IMG/VR virus record: IMGVR_UViG_3300009512_000010
Span: 32,001-96,000 of that record
DNA from: a virus
DNA length: 64,000 nt
Strand: one strand, 5' to 3'
The notes below the pieces were generated by a model. That model was not told the origin of the DNA, searched no databases, and was given only the letters and a program-made list of their open reading frames with translations. Numbering within the stretch: position 1 is the stretch's first letter; each line of letters starts with the position of its first letter. Position numbers and translations under genes: made by a program. Shown here in pieces: positions 35,865 to 44,709 of this stretch.

Positions 35865-36101
35865 CTAGTCCTTATTCTCATAAATTATAGAAGCATATGA
35901 TTGATCATCAATAGCTTCATTATGAATATTACCGTGTATACTGCCAACATTCTCAAAGTATCCGTTAGGACCTACTCTGAACATATCACCAATTTCGAGT
36001 TTCACATCATCAATAACGAAGAACTTATCATCTGTGTTCTTTCCATTGAGAATCCGAAACCCATTACTAAACTTAGATAGTACCAAGTCTTTCCAAATCA
36101 T
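35865..36101 (-). CDS. hypothetical protein in curli operon
   Basis: 78 aa ORF abutting both neighbours. Confidence 0.65.
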   Translation of the reverse strand: MIWKDLVLSKFSNGFRILNGKNTDDKFFVIDDVKLEIGDMFRVGPNGYFENVGSIHGNIHNEAIDDQSYASIIYENKD

Positions 36102-36380
36102 TTAATCTCTCCTTGCGTCTTCCTTACCTTCGTTAGCCGCAATACGGTCAATATTAGGTTTGACATTTAGAGCATAACTAAGTAAGGCATCAATTTTCAC
36201 TAAATCGTTGTTCATTGTCTGCACCCTATTGTCAAGGGAACCGATTATACTTCTAAGAGTTGTTACAGATTCTGTAACACTCGCTAGGATAAACCTCAAT
36301 GTGATAAACACGAACACCCCTGCGGCCATTGCCCCAGCTATCGGAAATCCCACTTTATCTATTATTGCAAATATATCCAT
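36102..36380 (-). CDS. small membrane protein (GFP-motif TM + coiled coil, YvrJ-like)
   Basis: IDKVGFPIAGAMAAGVFVFITL; RVQTMNNDLVKI. Confidence 0.7.
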   Translation of the reverse strand: MDIFAIIDKVGFPIAGAMAAGVFVFITLRFILASVTESVTTLRSIIGSLDNRVQTMNNDLVKIDALLSYALNVKPNIDRIAANEGKEDARRD

Positions 36381-36385
36381 ACACC

Positions 36386-36393
36386 TATTTATA
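36386..36393 (-). promoter_or_regulatory. T4-type late promoter heading the curli/cyclase operon
   Basis: Exact TATAAATA between the terminator and the first gene of the operon. Confidence 0.75.
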
Positions 36394-36394
36394 C

Positions 36395-36426
36395 AAAAAG
36401 AAAGGGGAACCCGAAGATTCCCCTTT
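36395..36426 (-). terminator. intrinsic terminator after porin gene
   Basis: AAAGGGGAA-(T)CTTCGG(G)-TTCCCCTTT stem with cUUCGg loop, then TTTCTTTTT. Confidence 0.85.
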
Positions 36427-36483
36427 ACATCGTTCTCTAACCGTAGAGTTCATCGGATGTGTTAGGCCATCACACCATTCGTA

Positions 36484-37251
36484 TTAGAATGAAAAGGACA
36501 AATTCAAGGAAGGTGAATATTGTTCGCTATTCATGTCGTAGTTAAGCTTGCTTTCGATAGAAGCGGCATCACTAAGACCAATTAGATAAGAACCACCAAG
36601 GTTCTGTGTCAGGTCATTTTCGTCACCGTTCAAGTAACCTGTGATACCAAGCAATGTTGTTGAGCCTTCGTATGCCCATACATCGTTTGCGTATGTCATT
36701 ACGGTATCAACAGATTGGTCCTTGATCTCAAGACCAAAACCCACACCAACAGCAATATCTTTAGTGTTGATGTTATAGTCGGCAGAAGTAGATGCTGTAA
36801 TACCACCAAGTTCTAGTTGGTAAGCACCTTGCAAACTTGCAATGTCTGTTACGTCTGTACCGATATCAGTAAATGCGAGACCTACACTTACACCAGACCA
36901 AGCGGCTTGCAATGATGTTCCCATAGACGGATCTGCAAGTGGGCTATTTGCGGCAGAAGCTTCACCTTCTACGAAAAGGTTTCCTTGTTTACCAAAAGAC
37001 AGACTAGCTGAACCAACTGCGTGGCCTACGTTCCAGTCGCCTACTGCTAGTTTGTCGTCTGCACCAGCAACTACTTCGACGCCACCAAAGGCATCGCCTA
37101 CGGCAGTCACATCAAAAGCGATTTTCTTTGTGGCGATATACTTACCCGCAGTGTTTTCTGTGATGTCAATGTCAGCATCTACGGCGATATCCGCACCAAA
37201 TGCACTTGTTGACATAGCAATCATTGCTAGAGAAGAGATTAATAGTTTCAT
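36484..37251 (-). CDS. outer-membrane porin-like beta-barrel protein
   Basis: Sec signal peptide, alternating amphipathic beta pattern, C-terminal LNLSFSF BAM motif. Confidence 0.7.
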   Translation of the reverse strand: MKLLISSLAMIAMSTSAFGADIAVDADIDITENTAGKYIATKKIAFDVTAVGDAFGGVEVVAGADDKLAVGDWNVGHAVGSASLSFGKQGNLFVEGEASAANSPLADPSMGTSLQAAWSGVSVGLAFTDIGTDVTDIASLQGAYQLELGGITASTSADYNINTKDIAVGVGFGLEIKDQSVDTVMTYANDVWAYEGSTTLLGITGYLNGDENDLTQNLGGSYLIGLSDAASIESKLNYDMNSEQYSPSLNLSFSF

Positions 37252-37277
37252 GTTCTTGTTATTCCTTGTTAATTGTT

Positions 37278-37592
37278 AGTACGACTTTTCTGTTGCTAGG
37301 TAAGTCGCCAACCCCCTTAAATTAGGCCGCTAGGCGCAATTCAGAAGGAGCAAAGTTATTGTTTGCATTTAGTAGTTTTGACCAATTACGCAGTCACCCG
37401 ATAAACTCCACGTTCACTTTCACACCTGTCGATCCTAGTTCGCCCCCATCAAAAGCACATCATCTTCAACCCTCGTGAGGTCTGTGTCTCTGCAAAAACA
37501 CCTTATTGCAGTAAGGCGTAATGTGCTTGTGGTGGAGGCGTTGGGTACTGCCCCCAAGTCCAGAATGTGTCCACGTTGCTTCAACGTCTACA
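37278..37592 (-). ncRNA. ssrA: circularly permuted two-piece tmRNA (alphaproteobacterial type)
   Basis: Acceptor piece ends CGCCTCCACCA (37530) with GGCAGTA T-loop. Coding piece starts GGGGGCG (37447), giving a G3:U70 pair. Tag ANNNFAPSELRLAA* at 37322-37366. Confidence 0.93.
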
Positions 37593-37598
37593 AGTTAT

Positions 37599-37627
37599 AT
37601 AGTATCACAGACCACCTAAAGTGTCAA
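37599..37627 (-). promoter_or_regulatory. sigma70 promoter of tmRNA
   Basis: TTGACA-17-TACTAT with TG extension. Confidence 0.8.
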
Positions 37628-37662
37628 CAGTCTGCGACATTGATTTAATGTTGTGATATATA

Positions 37663-38304
37663 TCACACAGGAGCGGCATACGTCTGTTCTAGTTCAACAG
37701 GTTGTGGTTCGTTGTAATCTACTTCGAACCCACCCTTATCAAACTTAGGCGGTGGCGCATTCATCTTCATTAGATGAGACACACCACCATGCAACTGTTC
37801 CATCAAGTTACGAGTGTTAAACTGCAACTCTTCAAGATCTCCATTGTTGTCGATAGTAAAGTCTGCCATCCACTGTTTAAGGCTCATGCTGTCATCGCCT
37901 TCACTAGGCAAATGATCTGAGCGATCAATCCAAATACAGAAGTCATAAACACCTGTATTCTGCATAGCAAAGAACTCACGTTTGTTACGTAGTCCACAGT
38001 AGATATCATACTCAGCAAACATTTGGCGACCTAATCGTGCGGCATCCTTCTTGTTGTATGCACAGATTGCATCATACCATTCAGCACGATGATTGTGTCG
38101 ATCTGCATAACACTCTTCAATATCTTTATAACCATATTTTGGCTTTAACATATCATAGATGAAGTGTTTACAACAAAAGTGACTACTGCTTTCAAATGTA
38201 TAGCCCATATTGTCTCTGAGCATTTCACACACGGTATCTTTACCATGCCTTCCATGCCCAATGATTAGTAGTTTTAGTTTAGGTAGTTCTGGTGCTGTTT
38301 CCAT
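37663..38304 (-). CDS. deoxynucleoside monophosphate kinase-like P-loop protein
   Basis: IIGHGRHGKDT; GLRNKRE; DFTIDNNG. Confidence 0.75.
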   Translation of the reverse strand: METAPELPKLKLLIIGHGRHGKDTVCEMLRDNMGYTFESSSHFCCKHFIYDMLKPKYGYKDIEECYADRHNHRAEWYDAICAYNKKDAARLGRQMFAEYDIYCGLRNKREFFAMQNTGVYDFCIWIDRSDHLPSEGDDSMSLKQWMADFTIDNNGDLEELQFNTRNLMEQLHGGVSHLMKMNAPPPKFDKGGFEVDYNEPQPVELEQTYAAPV

Positions 38305-38309
38305 AATGA

Positions 38310-38804
38310 TTATTTCGCTTTGTAAAAGATGTGGGTTCCGATTGTTGTTGTTTTATTCATGTATTCTTCAGTAGCCCAATTAGGACTTACGTAGTCTGCG
38401 TGGTAGTGGTCTGCACCACCAGTATTGTCTTCAACACGTTCTCTCAACACATCGTCGGCAATGAGTTTAGCCTTGTGATATGCATAAAGATCCTTGGGAC
38501 TATGATCATCTATCTGCCATGTCCAAGAGAATTGTTTACGAGCGTATACAACTTCGCATACGGTGTTGCCATGTTTAGAGGAATCCACACGGTTCATAGT
38601 AACATGAGCCACTGCGTACTGTCCCTCTTCAGATTCACCACGTGCTTCGTGATACACATTTAATGCCAAGCATTCCTTAGCTTCTGCGTATTCTTTAGTA
38701 ACGATGGTTATACATGCGCCCAACGAAAGCATCATTGCCATCGTCAGGCCACCTGATAGAATGTTTCTGATACGTATCATAAGTACCCCTGTAATTCGCC
38801 TCAT
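38310..38804 (-). CDS. cell wall hydrolase (SleB/Hydrolase_2 lytic transglycosylase)
   Basis: CLALNVYHEARGE..EGQ.AVA.V..NRV, QFSW, GADHYHADYV.P.W, IG.HIFY; alternative start at 38780. Confidence 0.9.
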   Translation of the reverse strand: MRRITGVLMIRIRNILSGGLTMAMMLSLGACITIVTKEYAEAKECLALNVYHEARGESEEGQYAVAHVTMNRVDSSKHGNTVCEVVYARKQFSWTWQIDDHSPKDLYAYHKAKLIADDVLRERVEDNTGGADHYHADYVSPNWATEEYMNKTTTIGTHIFYKAK

Positions 38805-38846
38805 AAGTACCCCTAATATACTTCTGTTTTTACGACTTGTCAATGA

Positions 38847-39065
38847 CTAAATGTATTCTTTTTCAAGTTTCTTGATACCCAAAGACCAGTTTTCTGCGGC
38901 ATCTTGGATATATCGGATAGAATGGTTTGGAAAGTGTTCTGTGTAAAACATCTTGTCGTTACTATCAAAGTACTTAATGTAACCTCTTTCGGTTTTATAA
39001 TCGAAATGAACTTCACATTTGCCCTTTCCATCTTCAGCTTTGTAGGTTTCGAGTTTTCTACCCAT
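38847..39065 (-). CDS. hypothetical protein
   Basis: 72 aa ORF coupled to thyX. Confidence 0.65.
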   Translation of the reverse strand: MGRKLETYKAEDGKGKCEVHFDYKTERGYIKYFDSNDKMFYTEHFPNHSIRYIQDAAENWSLGIKKLEKEYI

Positions 39066-39732
39066 CTTGAACGAACTCCTTTGTCATTGGAAATATCTTT
39101 GAGATCTCGACGGCAATGGCACGTGCCAGTTCCATATGTTCTAGTTGAGTTCCGTTGCCGCTTCTCAGTTCTATATAGTGTATCCAAGAACGCAAGGTTG
39201 CGTTTGCAAACAGACGAGATACAGTATTTCCTTCGGGTAGGACAGATCTCGCTTGTTCCTTTGCAATGCCCATTGAGATTGCCCAGTTATATGCCAACTT
39301 AGCTTCGTGGATGATCTGATCTTGTTTCATTCTCCATGCTCTAGCAAGTTCTTTATCCGTATTAGGCACGGAGTTCTGTCGGTTCTTAGTATCTTGCATA
39401 CGTGCTTCTCGAACAACAAATGCCTGTTTCATATCTTGAGGATCTGCATAGCGTTGCGAAAACTCTTGAAAAGACATTGAACGGTGGCGCAACAGTTGAC
39501 GTGCGATATCACGAGTTGTTTCCACACCAAGTGTACACGACACCATCTCCAACGGTGACCAATGTTTATGCTTAACCAAATATCGGATAAGCTTATCGGC
39601 AGTTTCCGTGTTCATTTCATTGGCTGGGTTTGATACCCTAGCACAATAACTAATAAGATCTTGAGCATCTTTGATACCCCCCTCAAACAGTTCTTTTGAG
39701 GGTTGAGGTGTTACTACTGTCCATACTTTCAT
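39058..39732 (-). CDS. thyX: flavin-dependent thymidylate synthase
   Basis: HWSPLE, RQLLRHRSMSFQEFSQRY. Confidence 0.95.
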   Translation of the reverse strand: MKVWTVVTPQPSKELFEGGIKDAQDLISYCARVSNPANEMNTETADKLIRYLVKHKHWSPLEMVSCTLGVETTRDIARQLLRHRSMSFQEFSQRYADPQDMKQAFVVREARMQDTKNRQNSVPNTDKELARAWRMKQDQIIHEAKLAYNWAISMGIAKEQARSVLPEGNTVSRLFANATLRSWIHYIELRSGNGTQLEHMELARAIAVEISKIFPMTKEFVQDG

Positions 39733-39736
39733 CGTA

Positions 39737-41104
39737 TCATTCCATCTTGAAGTTATTGAATTTCTCTTGTGCGGTGGTATTATCGAATACAGGAATATCC
39801 TTCATCAGACCTTCAGTCGGATCCCCTTCGGCATCCATCAGTCTCATTCGTGATCTATCTATACCCACAACAAACCGCTTATTAGTACTAACGTCATTAT
39901 ATCGGTTCTTAAGCTGTTTAACCATAACTTGACCAACAGCATCTAATTCCTCAGTTGCTATCAAAGCAACCATCAGGTCTGCCGTAGCGGGTAATCCAAA
40001 AGACTCACTCGTGTCTTCAAGCCCAACATCCGAGTTACCAAAACCAGAACGTGTCGTTTGCGTTGCAGTGAAGAGCGGGAGATCGAATTCCACCGCCAGT
40101 CCACGAAGTTCTTCTGCAATCGCCTTAATGTAAGTATAAGAATTAATTGATCCCCCCATTGCTTTCATACGTGAAGAAGAACAGATGTTCAGATAATCAA
40201 TAAAGATGATATCTGGCTTGAACTTCTTCTTTAGCTTTAATTCATTTAGTAGTGCTCTAAAGTGTCCTGCGTGTGCAGAACCTGTTGGATACTCTTTAAC
40301 AATAAGCTTACCACAGTTGCCTTTACGAAGACGTGCAATCTTTTCAGAGTATGCATCACGAGACAGTGTGTCTAGTTCGTTAATAGGAACGTTTAGAATA
40401 TTTGCATCAACACGTTCCGCAATACGTTCTTCGCTCATCTCCATTGTGATATAGAGAACGTTCTTACCTTGCTCCATAGCGGCACCAGCAATGTGACACA
40501 TGGCAAGAGATTTACCAACGCCTGTACCTGCAAGGATAACGTTTAGAGACTTGTTAGGAATACCACCTTTAGTGATTGTATTTAGCATCTCAATATCGAA
40601 AGGCATTTTCTCTTCATCAGCGTGATAGAAGTCGAAACGCTTATCGAAGTCTTCAATATAGTCGTGACCAATGTTGGCATCAAAGCTAACACTTAAAGCA
40701 TCAGACAACAGATCAGGCAAAGCATTCTTAGTCAGGGATTGGTGCTTACCATCAATGATGCTAATACCTTCCATGATTGCATTATGAACCGCACGATCTT
40801 GACACCACTTCTCAGTCTTATCAACTAGCCATTCCATGTCGATCTCTTCAATCTTGAAGATTTCTGGTAGTAGCTGAACCGCTTCATTGTATACGGCATC
40901 AGATAATCCAGAAGCTTCATCAAGTTCGATCTTGAATGACTCTAGGGTGGGAAGCCTGTTGTACTTGCCAACAAACTTCCCTACTTCTAGAAACAGCTTA
41001 GAATATACACTCCCGAAGTATTCGGGCTTGATAAAAGGTAGTACCTTGCGCATGTAGTTTTCGTCAACCAATATGTTGCGAAGTATTACCTGATCTATAT
41101 TCAT
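39737..41104 (-). CDS. 41: replicative DNA helicase gp41 (DnaB-like)
   Basis: AGTGVGKS, ITMEM, KEYPT, IDYLNI, ATQT.R, SESFGLPATAD, QLKNRY. Confidence 0.95.
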   Translation of the reverse strand: MNIDQVILRNILVDENYMRKVLPFIKPEYFGSVYSKLFLEVGKFVGKYNRLPTLESFKIELDEASGLSDAVYNEAVQLLPEIFKIEEIDMEWLVDKTEKWCQDRAVHNAIMEGISIIDGKHQSLTKNALPDLLSDALSVSFDANIGHDYIEDFDKRFDFYHADEEKMPFDIEMLNTITKGGIPNKSLNVILAGTGVGKSLAMCHIAGAAMEQGKNVLYITMEMSEERIAERVDANILNVPINELDTLSRDAYSEKIARLRKGNCGKLIVKEYPTGSAHAGHFRALLNELKLKKKFKPDIIFIDYLNICSSSRMKAMGGSINSYTYIKAIAEELRGLAVEFDLPLFTATQTTRSGFGNSDVGLEDTSESFGLPATADLMVALIATEELDAVGQVMVKQLKNRYNDVSTNKRFVVGIDRSRMRLMDAEGDPTEGLMKDIPVFDNTTAQEKFNNFKME

Positions 41105-41421
41105 TTTGATTCCCTTGTTTCTACCGATTCATCTTTAATTGAGTTTACTAATACTGCCGATAATACATCACCTACGACTAATTGTAAAGCAGTATCTTCG
41201 GGTTCTAGATCAGGATCTGGTGTAGATATGATATCAAAGTTGAACGACATCATTGGCTCTTCATTTTCGCCACTAACCTTCAACTCACCGAAAGCAAATA
41301 CAGTTTCTACGAAATCGCCTGTCATGATACGAATACACCAGTTTTCCTCTTCCCCAGGAACCATCTCATAATCTACATTCTCTTCGGGTAGTTCCCTATC
41401 GAACTGTTCATCGTATTTCAT
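41101..41421 (-). CDS. acidic protein, positional gp40-like
   Basis: Lies between uvsX and gene 41 as T4 gene 40 does; sequence match not verified. Confidence 0.55.
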   Translation of the reverse strand: MKYDEQFDRELPEENVDYEMVPGEEENWCIRIMTGDFVETVFAFGELKVSGENEEPMMSFNFDIISTPDPDLEPEDTALQLVVGDVLSAVLVNSIKDESVETRESK

Positions 41422-42470
41422 TACTCTTCCTCTATTAACTTATCGAAGTCGATATTACTCTTGTAACCGATAGTGAAGGTCTGTTTGATAAAGTCTTTGA
41501 AGTCTGTCTCTGCCATGATACGTGTCCAGAACTCTTCTTTGAGCGCATCTGCCGCACGTGACTTAGATGTAAGAACTTCACCAGTTTCTGGATTAATACC
41601 CTCATACCAACCAATAGTTGGTTTACGAACAAATCCACCTGCAAGAGCAACCTCTAACAACCCACTATACTTCTCAACTCCACCTTCCCATGATACTGAG
41701 ATAGGGATCTTAGACTTCTCTTTAACAGAACGAGACTTCTCAATATTGATAACAAAGTCATACCCTGTAATATTTACACCAGTCTTAACTTGTCTACGAC
41801 CAAGGATCCAGATATCATTAGCAGAGTAGTAAATACCTGTACCACCAGACACAACTGCTTTAGAGAACATCTCTTGAGTTTGATATGTGTGGTTAACAGC
41901 CAACAATGGGATATCCTTCATAGCCAAGTATGGTGTACACATACGGAACAAACTCTTAAGTTGTTTGGCACGTGTCATATCACCTACAGACTTTTCGGAT
42001 ACTGCGTCATCCTTTTCCTTCTTGGATGCAAGGTTGCCGATAGAATCGATAACAACGACAACATTATCTTTCTTATCCATGCCCTCTAGTTGTGAGATCA
42101 AATCAAACTTGAGTTCTTCGATATCAGTAATAGGTGTGTGTAGTACACGAGATGTGTCGATACCAAACTGTTCGAAGTAACTTTGTGGGGATCCAAACTC
42201 GCTGTCATAAAACAATAGAACAGCATCTTTGTTGGCATCAAGATATGCCCCTGCCATAAGCAAGGCAAACGATGTCTTAAAGTGCTTAGATGGTCCTGCC
42301 AGAACTGTCAATCCCGGAGATAGACCCCCATCCACAGATCCAGACAAAGCAACATTGACCATAGGAACCGATGTTGGAACCATGACCTTGTTGTTGAAGA
42401 AGTCCGATTCAGAAAGCACTTCCGTGGCCTTCAGCTTCGTGTTCTTCTTGAGTTTATCCATTATACTCAT
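41421..42470 (-). CDS. uvsX: RecA-like recombinase UvsX
   Basis: AGPSKHFKT, FYDSEFG, DSIGNLASKKE, GGTGIYYSA. Confidence 0.95.
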   Translation of the reverse strand: MSIMDKLKKNTKLKATEVLSESDFFNNKVMVPTSVPMVNVALSGSVDGGLSPGLTVLAGPSKHFKTSFALLMAGAYLDANKDAVLLFYDSEFGSPQSYFEQFGIDTSRVLHTPITDIEELKFDLISQLEGMDKKDNVVVVIDSIGNLASKKEKDDAVSEKSVGDMTRAKQLKSLFRMCTPYLAMKDIPLLAVNHTYQTQEMFSKAVVSGGTGIYYSANDIWILGRRQVKTGVNITGYDFVINIEKSRSVKEKSKIPISVSWEGGVEKYSGLLEVALAGGFVRKPTIGWYEGINPETGEVLTSKSRAADALKEEFWTRIMAETDFKDFIKQTFTIGYKSNIDFDKLIEEE

Positions 42471-42895
42471 TTAGTCTTCCTTTCATTGCAAACACGTTCT
42501 CGTAGATCACTCGTAGAGAACCTATGTGTTCGACTGTTATAATATGTTTCGATCCCCAACTGTCGAGCAAGCTCTTTACCAGTAAAGTCTCTATTCTTAT
42601 ATTCGTCACCAAGTATGCGAACATTAATTGGATACATGTTAATTATATCAATCAAATCTGATTCTGTACAGTAGATAATGACCTCATCAACATATTCAAT
42701 AGCTTCAAGTTGTGCTTGTCTTTCTACAATGCTTTGTATAGGACTATTCTTCTCATTACGATCAACAGAGGGATCAATCTGCAAGGCACAGATTAGCCAA
42801 TCACATTGTGACTTAGCCTCACGCAACATCATCACATGACCTGCATGCAATAAATCAAATGTAGAGGCAGTTAGCCCCACACGTTTAGTTGACAT
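42467..42895 (-). CDS. glycerol-3-phosphate cytidylyltransferase-like (TagD)
   Basis: STFDLLHAGH, RILGDEY, RTHRFSTS. Confidence 0.85.
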   Translation of the reverse strand: MSTKRVGLTASTFDLLHAGHVMMLREAKSQCDWLICALQIDPSVDRNEKNSPIQSIVERQAQLEAIEYVDEVIIYCTESDLIDIINMYPINVRILGDEYKNRDFTGKELARQLGIETYYNSRTHRFSTSDLRERVCNERKTK

Positions 42896-43862
42896 TATAG
42901 TATTCCTTATACCACCCTACAAACTTAGCAACCCCATCTTTCATAGGTGTAGTCGGATTATACCCCAATTTCTTAAGTTTGTCAATAGACGCCCAAGTGT
43001 CTTTTGCATCTGCTTTGTGCATTGGGACTGGATTACGAATTGCCTTGCGTCCCAAGTTATACTCAATAGCATCAACAAAATCGGTTAGTGGGATACGTTT
43101 ACCATATGCAATGTTAAAGACTTCGTTGTAATGTTCCTCATGATTAGGATGTAATCCCTGAGCGTGTGTGTGCTTCAACGTAATCATGATACCTTGTACA
43201 ACATCATCAATGTAAGTGAAGTCTCTTGACATATCACCGTAGTTATACAAATCAATACGATCCTCATCAATGATCTTGGTGGTGAAATCGAATAGTGCCA
43301 TATCGGGGCGACCCCAAGGACCGTAAACCGTAAAGAACCTAAGTCCTACTGTATTGCGAATTGGACTAGACATAAACTGCGCTTCATTAGCGGCTTTAGT
43401 AAATGAGTATGGATTGAGTGCACGTGGTAGCTTTTCGTATTCATCTTGTGGCATAGGATTACCTGCCATAACCGAAGACGAAGATGCGTACACAATGTTC
43501 TCAATACCTGCTTCCTCACAGGCTGTGATCAAGTTCTGCGAACCTGTCATGTTATTATCAATGTATTGCTGTGGATTATTAAGAGAATGTCTAACCCCAG
43601 CATATGCCGCTAGGTGCATTACGATGTCGGGGTATTCTCCCATGATGAAATCAGTGATACTATCCAGATCTTTGAGATCCATATAGGATGTCTCTACACC
43701 ACGCATTCTTAGATTGTTTGCTCTAGCATTCTTTAGAGAAACATCATAATAGTGGTTGAAGTTATCAAATCCTACAACTTCATGTCCATCGTCTAGTAGC
43801 GAGTTGGCAAGGTGATATCCTATAAACCCTGCCATTCCTGTGATCATTACTTTCATATCCAT
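42885..43862 (-). CDS. NAD-dependent epimerase (UDP-glucuronate 4-epimerase-like)
   Basis: TGMAGFIG, HLAAYAGVR.S, ASSSSV, YxxxK, LRFFTVYGPWGRPDMA. Confidence 0.9.
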   Translation of the reverse strand: MDMKVMITGMAGFIGYHLANSLLDDGHEVVGFDNFNHYYDVSLKNARANNLRMRGVETSYMDLKDLDSITDFIMGEYPDIVMHLAAYAGVRHSLNNPQQYIDNNMTGSQNLITACEEAGIENIVYASSSSVMAGNPMPQDEYEKLPRALNPYSFTKAANEAQFMSSPIRNTVGLRFFTVYGPWGRPDMALFDFTTKIIDEDRIDLYNYGDMSRDFTYIDDVVQGIMITLKHTHAQGLHPNHEEHYNEVFNIAYGKRIPLTDFVDAIEYNLGRKAIRNPVPMHKADAKDTWASIDKLKKLGYNPTTPMKDGVAKFVGWYKEYYNVN

Positions 43863-43886
43863 CTCCTTTAATGCATTATAGCATAT

Positions 43887-44708
43887 CTAGGAAACGTTGT
43901 AAACCACTTTCTGCTCTTTTTCTCTATCATCCAGTTCGTATTGTGAACGGATCTTGTTATTCTCTTTAATCACTAGATCAAGTATTGACATTGTTCCGCT
44001 ACCAAATGCACTGAATGCATTAGTATCTTTAGGGAAGCAAGCACCACCAAAACCAAAACGACCATCTTCACCAGGAACCACAGTATGGGAAGAATTAATC
44101 CTCTCATCAGCACCAATAGCACTAATAACAGTATCGTAATCAGAACCATTTCCATCAATCAACTCCTTAAATTGGTTGAACCACATAACCTTTGTGGCAA
44201 GAAACGAATTAACCCCATACTTAACAAACGATGCATCTTGTGCAGTCATCTTGTGTACTGGACACGGTTTACATTTACTCGATTCTTTATATAACTTGTG
44301 TAGATCATCGGTTGACTGATCAGATCCACCAAAGATGTGCATAGGCGGATTAACAAAGTCGTGTAGTGCGTTTCGTTCTGTGAGGAACTCAGGATTGTAG
44401 ACCACCCTGTCAAACATACCAGACAACTGTTTAACTATACTTGGAATGACTGTAGACTTAATAATGATAAGTCCGTTTGTTATCAAAGCAAGTTTAGTAA
44501 CCACACTTATAACTGTTGAGGCGTCAATAGATCCGTCTTCACCAAATGGTGTTGGTACGCAAACAAATGATGCATCCGTATCAGGATCCACATCATCAAC
44601 ATCTGTACCTAAATTAGGATCTATTAACTGCAATTTGTTATCCTTGTAGGTAAAGCCATGTTCAACAGCTTTACCCACAAATCCATAACCAACCACTGCA
44701 ATACGCAT
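43887..44708 (-). CDS. ugd: UDP-glucose/GDP-mannose dehydrogenase (short form)
   Basis: GYGFVG, VCVPTP, KSTV, NPEFL, GFGGACFPKD. Confidence 0.88.
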   Translation of the reverse strand: MRIAVVGYGFVGKAVEHGFTYKDNKLQLIDPNLGTDVDDVDPDTDASFVCVPTPFGEDGSIDASTVISVVTKLALITNGLIIIKSTVIPSIVKQLSGMFDRVVYNPEFLTERNALHDFVNPPMHIFGGSDQSTDDLHKLYKESSKCKPCPVHKMTAQDASFVKYGVNSFLATKVMWFNQFKELIDGNGSDYDTVISAIGADERINSSHTVVPGEDGRFGFGGACFPKDTNAFSAFGSGTMSILDLVIKENNKIRSQYELDDREKEQKVVYNVS

Positions 44709-44709
44709 A

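Noticed and set aside
36427-36483. Hammerhead-like ribozyme in the porin 3' UTR (CCGATGA-stem)
   Set aside because: It lacks the CUGANGA and GAAA core; only small hairpins are evident
29694-37251. Curli/cyclase/porin block as bacterial contamination or a host flank of a prophage
   Set aside because: It has the same strand and similar composition as the phage genes, is headed by a T4 late promoter, is flanked by phage genes on both sides, and no integrase or att site is seen
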